Source: Candidatus Omnitrophota bacterium
Lineage (GTDB): Bacteria; Omnitrophota; Gorgyraeia; Gygaellales; Profunditerraquicolaceae
Length of the DNA: 64,000 nucleotides
NCBI GenBank assembly: GCA_963805065.1
Contig: CAWDSS010000017.1
Span: forward strand, 726 to 64,725
Reading direction: 5' to 3'
Each line of letters starts with the position of its first letter. Within the stretch, counting starts at the first letter, position 1. The translations under genes and the position numbers were made by a program. Under the pieces are notes generated by a model that did not search any database, was not told where the DNA came from, and saw only the letters and a program-made list of their open reading frames with translations. This document shows, piece by piece, positions 38,450 to 47,083 of the stretch.

Positions 38450-39037
38450 CTAATCTTTAAGCTCTCTTACGCTATTCATTATTGATTGAGCAATGTCCTC
38501 ATGAGACTTATTCCTGTCTAAAAGAATCTGTTTACCGAACGTAACGGAGATTTTTGAAAAAGTAATAAATTTAGCTGCTTTAGGCAATACTGTTTCAGTC
38601 CCCTTTACATGAACCGGTATAACAGGCACGTTTAATTTATTTGCCAGGAATCCTACCCCTGCTTCCGGCATAGCTTCCTTTTCGTCAATGTGAATTCGCC
38701 TTCCTTCCGGAAACAAAAGTAAGCCGCCGCCTTTTTTTACCCGCCTTATCGCTTCTTTCAAAGCCCAAATATCCGATGAGCCTCTCTTAACAGGAAATGC
38801 CTTTAACTTAAACAAAAACCAGGAAGAAACCCCGTTAGAAAACAAATCGTGTTTAGCCATATAATTTACATCCCTGGGACAGGCACTGCCTACGACCACC
38901 GGGTCAAAGTAACTTACGTGGTTACTGGCTAAAATAAAACCTCCGCTTTTAGGAATATTTTCCAAGCCTACTGTGTGGAGCCGAAAAAAAACATTCAATA
39001 TTATCCTGCATAGGCCTCGGACTAAATAATGTATCAT
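38450..39037 (-). CDS. plsC: 1-acyl-sn-glycerol-3-phosphate acyltransferase
   Basis: Acyltransferase motifs NHVSYFDP (HX4D) and LLLFPEGRR. Confidence 0.85.
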   Translation of the reverse strand: MIHYLVRGLCRIILNVFFRLHTVGLENIPKSGGFILASNHVSYFDPVVVGSACPRDVNYMAKHDLFSNGVSSWFLFKLKAFPVKRGSSDIWALKEAIRRVKKGGGLLLFPEGRRIHIDEKEAMPEAGVGFLANKLNVPVIPVHVKGTETVLPKAAKFITFSKISVTFGKQILLDRNKSHEDIAQSIMNSVRELKD

Positions 39038-39044
39038 TCTATTA

Positions 39045-40424
39045 TTAAGCCAGAATCAATTTTTTCCCCAGTTCAATTAATTCCCGGGATTTACCTTGTG
39101 ACTTTGCCTCTGCGTAAATTCTCACTATGGGCTCTGTCCCGGAAACCCTAAACATTAACCAGCTTTCGTCTTCGCAAATAAGCTTGACGCCATCATAATC
39201 TTTTACCTGCACAACTTTACTGCCCAATAATTCATGGGGAAGTTTTTCTTTCTTAAGTTCTACCGGTTTTTCTAACTGAAGGTCATCCCGCAGGTAAAAA
39301 TACCTGCCGAATTGCTTTTCCATATCATTGAGGATTCTTAAGATATCTTTATTACGGTAAGCCATCATCTCTAAAAGCAGAAGCCCTGCAACCGTGCCGT
39401 CACGCTCCGGGATATAACCTTTTACACCCATACCGCCAGCTTCTTCTCCTCCGGCGACAATATCTTCTTTCTCCATAAGATTAGAAATATATTTAAATCC
39501 CACAGGAGTTTCGTACAATTTAACGCCTAAAAATTTGGCTATATTATCAATCATGGTCGTGCCTGCGATTGTCTTAACGATCCCGCCTGACCAATGCCTG
39601 TCCTGATTCAAGTGCAGGGCTAAAAGGCCTAAAATTTTCTGGGGATGAATAAAAACTCCTCCCGGTGCCACTGCAGCAATCCTATCAGCATCTCCATCCA
39701 GGGCTATACCAAGGTCGAATTTCCCTTTTTTAACCCTATCTTTCAATTCTCCCAGATTTTCTTCAACCGGCTCAGGCCTTCTTCCGCCGAATGAAGGATT
39801 GATAGTATTTCTCATAAACTCTAAACTTATCTTTGTTCCTTTTAAAATCTCGGCAATGAAACTACCTCCCGCGCCAAACATGGGGTCAACCAGCACTTTA
39901 AATTTCTTATTTCTAATCCTCTCAAAGTCAATGTAGGAACGGATAAAACTCACATATGCCGTTGATAAATTTTCAATTATTATCTTATCCGGGTTTCTGC
40001 CGCTTAACTTGACAGCGGTTTCACCCAGTAATCCTTCTACTTTCTTAGTCACTTCCGGACCGGCAGCACCGCCTGAGGCATCCTTGATTTTGAATCCGTT
40101 GTATTCTGCCGGGTTATGAGAAGCGGTAATCATGACACCCAAATCTAATTTTCTCGATCTAACCGTAAAGCTTAAAGTAGGAGTAGGAATATGCCTGTCT
40201 GAAAGAATGACTTCAATATCATTATTGTTAAGCACTTCACTAGCGACCTTGGCAAAATCTGCCGACATAAAACGCGTGTCAAAACCTACGGCAACTTTTT
40301 TACCCGGGCCCAGGTAATCTGCAACCGCCTGTGAAACAATGCGTAAGTTGCTAAAAGTATAATTATCTCCTATAACCCCTCTCCAGCCGTCTGTCCCGAA
40401 TTTGATCTGATTATTATCTTGCAT
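39045..40424 (-). CDS. Phosphoglucomutase/phosphomannomutase family protein
   Basis: Phosphoserine loop ITASHNPAEYNGFK, metal loop ALDGDADR, sugar loop GGEEAGG. Confidence 0.88.
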   Translation of the reverse strand: MQDNNQIKFGTDGWRGVIGDNYTFSNLRIVSQAVADYLGPGKKVAVGFDTRFMSADFAKVASEVLNNNDIEVILSDRHIPTPTLSFTVRSRKLDLGVMITASHNPAEYNGFKIKDASGGAAGPEVTKKVEGLLGETAVKLSGRNPDKIIIENLSTAYVSFIRSYIDFERIRNKKFKVLVDPMFGAGGSFIAEILKGTKISLEFMRNTINPSFGGRRPEPVEENLGELKDRVKKGKFDLGIALDGDADRIAAVAPGGVFIHPQKILGLLALHLNQDRHWSGGIVKTIAGTTMIDNIAKFLGVKLYETPVGFKYISNLMEKEDIVAGGEEAGGMGVKGYIPERDGTVAGLLLLEMMAYRNKDILRILNDMEKQFGRYFYLRDDLQLEKPVELKKEKLPHELLGSKVVQVKDYDGVKLICEDESWLMFRVSGTEPIVRIYAEAKSQGKSRELIELGKKLILA

Positions 40425-41076
40425 GCCTTAACCTCTCTATGGCTGATTTAGCGTTCTTGGCGCCAAAAACATAAGAGCCTGCGGCCAAAACATTAGCGCC
40501 TGCTTCTAGAAGCCTCACAGCTACTCTATCATTTACTCCGCCATCTACGGATATATCGCCCTTAAACAGAGAGCGTAATTTCTTGATCTTAGGCAATACA
40601 GCAGGAATAAATTTTTGCCCTCCAAAACCCGGATTAACCGACATCACCAGGACAAAGTCAACATAAGGCAGCACTTTTGTAATTTTCGATAAAGGCGTAG
40701 AAGGATTTAAGGAAACACCCAACTTTATTCCCTTATCCCTTAACCCTAGACCCTTAACCCTAAACCACCTAATTGGCACTGTTTCAATATGCACTGTAAT
40801 CATGTCGCTTCCTGCTAAGACGAAAGCATCGATAAAATCTTGCGGGTCCTCAATCATTAAATGCACATCCAAAGGCAGCTTCGTAATCTTGCGGATTTGT
40901 TTAACCACTGCAGGCCCAATTGTAATATTGGGTACGAAATGGCCGTCCATCACGTCTACGTGAATCATATCTGCGCCGCCAGACTCAACACGCCTAATTT
41001 CTTTGTCCAAGCAACTAAAATCGGCGGATAATATTGAAGGTGCAATCTTTACTTTCATGGGCTTGCTATTAACCAT
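40414..41076 (-). CDS. rpe: Ribulose-phosphate 3-epimerase
   Basis: APSILSADF, HVDVMDGHFVPN, MSVNPGFGGQKF, VDGGV. One internal helix is replaced by heptamer-array-encoded sequence. Confidence 0.9.
   Translation of the reverse strand: MVNSKPMKVKIAPSILSADFSCLDKEIRRVESGGADMIHVDVMDGHFVPNITIGPAVVKQIRKITKLPLDVHLMIEDPQDFIDAFVLAGSDMITVHIETVPIRWFRVKGLGLRDKGIKLGVSLNPSTPLSKITKVLPYVDFVLVMSVNPGFGGQKFIPAVLPKIKKLRSLFKGDISVDGGVNDRVAVRLLEAGANVLAAGSYVFGAKNAKSAIERLRHAR
40730..40771. repeat. Six tandem heptamers (CCCTTAT CCCTTAA CCCTAGA CCCTTAA CCCTAAA CCACCTA) inside rpe
   Basis: Read directly. 42 nt, which is 14 codons, encoding ..IRWFRVKGLGLRDK... Confidence 0.85.
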
Positions 41077-41082
41077 TAACGA

Positions 41083-41658
41083 TTAACTATTAACCAAATA
41101 TAGTTTCTTGTTCACGATATATTTATACACCGCTTCAGGCACTAAATAGCGAAAAGACTTGTTTTCTTTTACACAGCTTCGTATTTCAAAAGCAGAGACA
41201 TCCACTGCCCTGATAGCCATGGTCTTTATATAAGAAGGAATCTTCTCTAAGGGGAATCCCGGCCGGGTAACCACAATAAACTTCACCAGTTTGATAATTT
41301 CGTCCAAGTCCTTCCAATCATCAAGGTATTTAAGCAGGTCAGAACCGATAATAAAATACAAATCTTGCCGGGAATACTTTTTATTAAATTCCTTCAGTGT
41401 GTCTATGGTATAAGAGCGGCCGTCCCTTCTTATCTCTACGTCGGAAACCAGAAAGTGCCTGTTCCCTTTAATCGCAAGCCTAACCATGTTCAGCCTGTCT
41501 TTTGCCGGCGCAATATCGGAGTTATCTTTATGCGGCGGCAGAAACGTAGGCACAAAAATTATCTTGTCTAAACCTATTCTTTCCCTGGCCTCTTCAGCTA
41601 ATATCAGGTGGCCTATGTGTATCGGATTGAAAGTTCCGCCTAATATACCTATTTTCAT
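41083..41658 (-). CDS. nadD: Nicotinate-nucleotide adenylyltransferase
   Basis: GILGGTFNPIHIGH (HxGH-type nucleotidyltransferase motif), 191 aa. Confidence 0.9.
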   Translation of the reverse strand: MKIGILGGTFNPIHIGHLILAEEARERIGLDKIIFVPTFLPPHKDNSDIAPAKDRLNMVRLAIKGNRHFLVSDVEIRRDGRSYTIDTLKEFNKKYSRQDLYFIIGSDLLKYLDDWKDLDEIIKLVKFIVVTRPGFPLEKIPSYIKTMAIRAVDVSAFEIRSCVKENKSFRYLVPEAVYKYIVNKKLYLVNS

Positions 41659-42920
41659 GTTCTGACCTGCCCGTTTCCAAACACCATGTATTTATAAGTC
41701 GTCAGTTCCTCTAAGGCCATAGGACCACGGGCATGCAACTTATCAGTAGAGATTCCTATCTCAGCGCCCATGCCGAATTGGTAACCATCTGTAAAACGGG
41801 TTGAGGCATTTACATATACGCAGGCAGAATCAACCCCTCTTAAAAATTGCAGGGCATTATCGTAGTTTTCGGTAATTATGGAATCCGAATGATGCGAGCC
41901 ATAATTATTCACATGCGTTATTGCTTCATCAATATTTTCTACCACCTTAACAGAGAGAATCAAATCCAAATACTCGCTGCGATAGTCTTTTTCAGTGGCA
42001 GCCTTAGCACCTTTTACGATTTTTCTGGTCATGGGACAGCCGCGGATTTGGACTCCTGCGAGCTTGAATTTCTTTAACATCCCCGGCAAAAACCTTGCAG
42101 CAACATCCCTATGCACGAGCATACTCTCCATAGCATTACACACTCCCGGACGCTGCACCTTGGCATTAAAGCAAACTGCCTGCGCCATGTTTAAATCTGC
42201 CCACTCATCAACGTAAATGTGGCAAATGCCTTTGTAATGTTTTATAACGGGAATGCGTGACAAGTTGACTACGCGGTTAATCAGGCTCTCTCCTCCCCGC
42301 GGAATAACCAAATCAATGAAACTATTCAATTTTAATAATTCGGCGACTGCGCTTCTATCAGTTGTAGCAACCATGTTTATCAGGCCTTGCGGTAAATTAT
42401 TATTCTTAATCACGCCTCTTAAGATATTAAATATGGCAAGATTAGAATTCAGTGCTTCGCTGCCGCCTCTTAAAATTACGCTATTGCCGGATTTAAAACA
42501 CAAACCAACACAATCAGAAGTAACGTTTGGCCTGGATTCATAAATAATCGCAATTACTCCTATTGGGACGCGCACCTTATGAATCCATAGGCCGTTTGGC
42601 CTGCGCCAGGCTTTTATAACCTCTCCCACAGGGTCATTTAACTTGGCTATTTCCATTAATGATTCTGACATATCAGAAATCCGTTTATCTGAAAGTGTCA
42701 GCCTGTCTATAAAGGCTTTTGATAGGCCGGAAGCCTTGGCTTTGGATATGTCTTTCTTATTGGCAGCGAAAATTAAATCCCTATGTTTATTTATTGCCAA
42801 GCTCATGTCTTTCAAGATTTCGTTCTTGGTATCTGAAGAAAGGTTTAACATTGCCCTGCAGGAACCTTGAGCATCTTTCGCTATATTGGTAATTTCCTGT
42901 TTTAACGTCATATTTCTCAC
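41655..42920 (-). CDS. proA: Glutamate-5-semialdehyde dehydrogenase
   Basis: Catalytic Cys block RPGVCNAMESMLVH, 421 aa, 4-nt overlaps with proB and nadD. Confidence 0.92.
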   Translation of the reverse strand: MRNMTLKQEITNIAKDAQGSCRAMLNLSSDTKNEILKDMSLAINKHRDLIFAANKKDISKAKASGLSKAFIDRLTLSDKRISDMSESLMEIAKLNDPVGEVIKAWRRPNGLWIHKVRVPIGVIAIIYESRPNVTSDCVGLCFKSGNSVILRGGSEALNSNLAIFNILRGVIKNNNLPQGLINMVATTDRSAVAELLKLNSFIDLVIPRGGESLINRVVNLSRIPVIKHYKGICHIYVDEWADLNMAQAVCFNAKVQRPGVCNAMESMLVHRDVAARFLPGMLKKFKLAGVQIRGCPMTRKIVKGAKAATEKDYRSEYLDLILSVKVVENIDEAITHVNNYGSHHSDSIITENYDNALQFLRGVDSACVYVNASTRFTDGYQFGMGAEIGISTDKLHARGPMALEELTTYKYMVFGNGQVRT

Positions 42921-43990
42921 CTATTTTTTAATATAACTATATTGTCCCGGTGTATTACCTCTTTTTCAAAACGATTGCCCTTGATTTCATCCAATTTCTT
43001 GCTGGAAATTGCTACTGTCCCTTTGGCAAATTCACATTTTTTAGTATCCGCAACGCTTACCGTAGTGCCGCTGGCAAAATCCCCCAAAACAGCTACCACG
43101 CCTACGGATAAAAGGCTCTTATTATTTAAAAGAGCTTTCTTTGCTCCCTCGTCAACGATAATCTTACCTTTGGATTTGGCGCTGAAGGCTAGCCATCTTT
43201 TCTTAGCATTAAGGTTTCCCTTGGGTAAAAATAATGTCCCCTGCTGTGAAGGCCCGCTTAATACGTCTAAAATTATATCTTTTCTATGGCCGTTAGCAAT
43301 CACGCAAGGTATACCCGCCTCTACAACGTCTTCGGCTGCTTTAATCTTGGTAACCATACCGCCTACGCAGGTCTTCTTGTTAGTAGGACATGCTAGCTCC
43401 TTTATTTGCGGCGTAATCTGATCTACTATGCTGACAACCTTTTTATTTTTATCAAGCAAGCCGTCAACATCTGAAAGGATAATTAAAATATCAGCGGAAA
43501 TCAAAATCGCCACCTCTGCTGACAGCTTATCATTATCTCCGAATTTAATCTCATCGGTTGAGACCGTGTCATTTTCGTTGATTATAGGCACGCTGTTAAA
43601 CTTTAAAAGCTTAAGCAGCGTATTCTTGGCGTTGAGGTAACGCCGCCGATTCTCAAAATCTTCATGCGTCAGGAGAAGCTGGGCGCAGTTTAAGTTTCTT
43701 GACTGAAAGAATTTTTGATATACTAGCATGAGCTCATTTTGCCCTATTGCTGCTGCAGCCTGTAAAGAAGGCAGGTCCTTAGGCCTTGACTCCAGCTTCA
43801 ATATAGACATGCCCATGGCAATAGCGCCTGAAGAAACAATCACGATTTCTTTTCCGTCTTCAATTAAATTGCTGATTTGGCCGGTAATTTCATTTAATAA
43901 GCCACAGTCCAGTTTGGTTTCTCTGGAATACAATAGGCTAGAGCCAATTTTTACTACTATCCTCTTATAGTTTCCTGCTGACTGCTTCAA
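42917..43990 (-). CDS. proB: Glutamate 5-kinase with C-terminal PUA domain
   Basis: RIVVKIGSSLL amino-acid-kinase N-terminus, and a C-terminal GKIIVDEGAKKALLNNKSLL PUA-like region. Confidence 0.92.
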   Translation of the reverse strand: MKQSAGNYKRIVVKIGSSLLYSRETKLDCGLLNEITGQISNLIEDGKEIVIVSSGAIAMGMSILKLESRPKDLPSLQAAAAIGQNELMLVYQKFFQSRNLNCAQLLLTHEDFENRRRYLNAKNTLLKLLKFNSVPIINENDTVSTDEIKFGDNDKLSAEVAILISADILIILSDVDGLLDKNKKVVSIVDQITPQIKELACPTNKKTCVGGMVTKIKAAEDVVEAGIPCVIANGHRKDIILDVLSGPSQQGTLFLPKGNLNAKKRWLAFSAKSKGKIIVDEGAKKALLNNKSLLSVGVVAVLGDFASGTTVSVADTKKCEFAKGTVAISSKKLDEIKGNRFEKEVIHRDNIVILKNR

Positions 43991-44918
43991 TTAATTCCTC
44001 CAGTCCTTGTTTTTTAAGCGCTGAAATGGGATATGCTTTTTTCCTTATCGTTTTTTTGAATCTTTCCAGGTTTGCATCTGCGCCTTCAAGATCCATCTTA
44101 TTGGCTGCGATAATCTGTGTTTTTTTGGAAACGTCGTCTCTATAATTCTTTAATTCGGCATTGATTTTCTTAAAATCATCTATAGGGTCTCTACCCTCAA
44201 AACCAGACATATCAATAAGGTGGACCAAAATCTTCGTGCGTTCAACATGCCGTAAAAATTTATCACCCAGCCCCTTACCCCTGGAAGAACCTTCTATAAG
44301 GCCCGGGATATCCGCGATGACAAAATTTTTGTCGCTGGCTTTAACTACCCCTAAAACCGGCGATTTAGTAGTGAAGGGGTATGCCGCAATTTTAGGATGA
44401 GCATTAGAAATATTTGAGATTAATGTAGATTTTCCCGCGTTGGGAAAACCCACAACCCCTACATCTGCTATAAGCTTGAGATCAAAAAGAAGCTGGCGTT
44501 CTTGCCCAGGTTCTCCTTCACTTGCATCAGGGCGATGCTTATTGCCTAATCCGCCTTTTCCTCCGGATGCAACGACAAATTCCTCTTTGTCCTGGGTTAA
44601 ATCCCTTAACAGGTATCCTGTGTTTATGTCTTTAATGGTTGTCCCGACTGGCACACGGATAATTATGCTGTTTGCGTTTTTACCTTTTTTATGTTTCCCC
44701 GAGCCATGGCCGCCATGCAAGCCGTAAAAGTGCTTGTTGTATTTGAAATCCAGGAGCGTATAAAGGTTCCTGTCGGCCCTGATTATTATATCGGAACCGC
44801 GCCCTCCATCTCCGCCATCCGGGACACCTTGTCTAGAGTATTTATCGCGGTAAAAACTTTTGCAGCCCTTGCCTCCGTTACCGCCTTTTACGAAAATTGT
44901 TACCTGGTCAATTAACAC
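43965..44918 (-). CDS. obg: GTPase Obg
   Basis: Gly-rich Obg fold IDQVTIFVKGGNGGKGCKSFYRDKY. G1 GFPNAGKST, G3 DIPGLIEG, G4 NKMD. Confidence 0.93.
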   Translation of the reverse strand: MLIDQVTIFVKGGNGGKGCKSFYRDKYSRQGVPDGGDGGRGSDIIIRADRNLYTLLDFKYNKHFYGLHGGHGSGKHKKGKNANSIIIRVPVGTTIKDINTGYLLRDLTQDKEEFVVASGGKGGLGNKHRPDASEGEPGQERQLLFDLKLIADVGVVGFPNAGKSTLISNISNAHPKIAAYPFTTKSPVLGVVKASDKNFVIADIPGLIEGSSRGKGLGDKFLRHVERTKILVHLIDMSGFEGRDPIDDFKKINAELKNYRDDVSKKTQIIAANKMDLEGADANLERFKKTIRKKAYPISALKKQGLEELIEAVSRKL

Positions 44919-44930
44919 GGGTCATTGGCT

Positions 44931-45245
44931 TTAAGGTATTTCTAATTCCTTGATTCTTAATCGGGTCAATTGCTGCCTGTGGCCTTTTTTCCAGTGTTTG
45001 CTCTTACGGCGGCGGTACTTAAATGACACTGTTTTAGGAGATTTTATCTGCCCTAAAACCTCAGCCTGGACTTTAACTTCTTTTAGATAAGGCTGGCCAA
45101 TCTCAACTTTCTGGTTCTTGACAGCTAAAATCACCTTATTGAGGCTGATTTCTTTACCGCTGGCTGCATTTTGTTTCTCAACCTCTATAATATCGCCTTT
45201 TTTTACGTTATACTGTTTTGCTCCAACTTCAACTATTGCATACAT
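44931..45245 (-). CDS. rplU: 50S ribosomal protein L21
   Basis: MYAIVEVGAKQYNVKKGDII start and basic C-terminus FKYRRRKSKHWKKGHRQ. Confidence 0.93.
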   Translation of the reverse strand: MYAIVEVGAKQYNVKKGDIIEVEKQNAASGKEISLNKVILAVKNQKVEIGQPYLKEVKVQAEVLGQIKSPKTVSFKYRRRKSKHWKKGHRQQLTRLRIKELEIP

Positions 45246-45292
45246 TTTTTAACCTCCTAGAAAGAGTAAGATTACTAAATTCGTAAAATTAT

Positions 45293-45320
45293 ATTATACC
45301 TTATAAATCCGATGGGTCAA
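45293..45320 (-). promoter_or_regulatory. Sigma70-type promoter candidate for rplU
   Basis: Minus strand: TTGACC (45320-45315), a 16-nt spacer, TATAAT (45298-45293). The AGGAG RBS lies 8 nt before the ATG at 45245. Confidence 0.45.
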
Positions 45321-45340
45321 GCATAAATTACGGTGAAAAT

Positions 45341-46783
45341 TTAGGAAATTCTGTTATCTTCTATGTGTGAGGAGGGGTTAGAGATAAGATTGATCTTGGT
45401 TCTGTATTTGTGTTCGATTAAGTGTAGGTTTTCCTTATTTTTAAGGATTTCATCAATTACAGGAGGAGCTAAAGTAAGGTTTACCTGTCTTAAAGATTTG
45501 CCTTTTAAAAATCTTTTCAGTTCTTTTAAGGCATAAATTGCTGTGGTAATTGGGGATCTGACCTTACCTCTACCCTGGCAATAAGGGCATAACTGGTAAG
45601 AAAGCATCTGGACAGTCTTGTGAATTCGCTCCCGGGTCATTTCTACGACGCCAAACTTTGAAATTCCCAGGATATCATATTTTGCCTTGTCGTTACTGAG
45701 CGCCCTTTTGAATACCTTCAAGACCTCCCTTCTGTGATATTCTTTTTCCATATCTATGAAATCAATGACTATTATACCTCCCAGGTCGCGTAAAACTAAC
45801 TGCCTGGCTATCTCGATGGCAGCGTCACTATTAACCTTAAACGCTGCTTCTTCCTGCTCAAGCTTCTTTTTAAACCCGCCGCTATTTACATCAATAACAA
45901 CCAACCCTTCGGTGGGCTCGATTATAATGTAGGCTTTTGATTTTAAATAAACGTGGCTTTCAAAAATCCTGTTTATCTGCCTTTCAATATCTTTTTCCTC
46001 AAATAAATCATCACCCTTGTATAACTCAACCCGATGAGTCAAATAGCTTAGGAAGGTTTTCATAAAATGCATTATGCGGTAGAATTCTACCTTCGAATCC
46101 ACGATTAATTTTGTTACATCGTCGGAAAAAGAATCCCTTATCGCCCTTAATGTCAAATCGTATTCCTCATAAATCAAAGCTGGCGCGGGTTTCTTGGGGA
46201 TTGTTTTTTTGAGCCTACCCCATAACTTAAGCAGGAATTGCGCATCCCTGGATAATTCCTGTTTGGATTTTCCGCTTGCAGCAGTGCGGACTATGAAACC
46301 CACATCCTTGGGCAATTTCAACTCGCTGAATATAAGCCGTAACCTTCTTCTTTCTTCATCGTCCTCAATCCTGCGCGAAATTCCTATCTGGTTTCCCAGC
46401 GGCATTAATACAAGGTACCTTCCTGCAAGGCCTATGTGGGTTGAAAGCCTGGGGCCTTTTGTGCCAAAAGACTCTTTCACTACCTGAACCATTACTTCCT
46501 GTCCCTTTTTAACCTCAAAAGGAGTAGTAGCTGACTGGGATTCCAGGGATTCGTAAGCGGATTCTATTTCGGATAGATAGAGAAAACCTTTTTTAGGTAA
46601 ACCTATGTCTACAAACGCCGCCCCTATAGAAGGCAGCACTGCTTCAATCCTGCCTTTATAAATATTTCCCACTATAGTCTTATCCTGCGGCCGCTCGATA
46701 TAGAATTCATCGAGCTTTCCGTCGGTGACTATGGCAACGCGCTTCTCCTGCGGCTCTATATTAATTAAAATTTCTTTCGGCAT
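45341..46783 (-). CDS. rng: Ribonuclease G/E family endoribonuclease
   Basis: N-terminal S1 domain VGNIYKGRIEAVLPSIGAAFVDIG, catalytic region GGIIVIDFIDM, and Zn-link-like CPYCQGRG. 480 aa. Confidence 0.87.
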   Translation of the reverse strand: MPKEILINIEPQEKRVAIVTDGKLDEFYIERPQDKTIVGNIYKGRIEAVLPSIGAAFVDIGLPKKGFLYLSEIESAYESLESQSATTPFEVKKGQEVMVQVVKESFGTKGPRLSTHIGLAGRYLVLMPLGNQIGISRRIEDDEERRRLRLIFSELKLPKDVGFIVRTAASGKSKQELSRDAQFLLKLWGRLKKTIPKKPAPALIYEEYDLTLRAIRDSFSDDVTKLIVDSKVEFYRIMHFMKTFLSYLTHRVELYKGDDLFEEKDIERQINRIFESHVYLKSKAYIIIEPTEGLVVIDVNSGGFKKKLEQEEAAFKVNSDAAIEIARQLVLRDLGGIIVIDFIDMEKEYHRREVLKVFKRALSNDKAKYDILGISKFGVVEMTRERIHKTVQMLSYQLCPYCQGRGKVRSPITTAIYALKELKRFLKGKSLRQVNLTLAPPVIDEILKNKENLHLIEHKYRTKINLISNPSSHIEDNRIS

Positions 46784-47066
46784 GTTTTATGTTTATGCCT
46801 TGCGGCAATTGCTGTTGAAACCTTACAATAAATTCTTCCGGGAGGATTTCTTCTCTCATAACGATACTCGCCTCTTCGTTTTCGCTTTCTAATCCTAATT
46901 TTAATGCACGTTTAATGCTTAATTTAGGATGCGGGTTAAAACCCTCGGTTATTTTTATCGGCAGTCCCGCGCGGCGTAACGCCCTATGGAATAGGCGTAT
47001 TAAATCCAGGTGCGAGATATATTTCATGAAACCCTGCTTAGAAAATACAAAATTTATTTTATACAT
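46761..47066 (-). CDS. DUF2344 (radical-SAM-linked, TIGR03936-like) protein, short form
   Basis: FVFSKQGFMKYISHLDLIRLFHRALRRAGLPIKITEGFNPHPKLS matches my recollection of the family's N-terminal block. At 101 aa it is about half the usual length. Confidence 0.55.
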   Translation of the reverse strand: MYKINFVFSKQGFMKYISHLDLIRLFHRALRRAGLPIKITEGFNPHPKLSIKRALKLGLESENEEASIVMREEILPEEFIVRFQQQLPQGINIKHAERNFN

Positions 47067-47083
47067 TTTAAAATACGGGTGGG

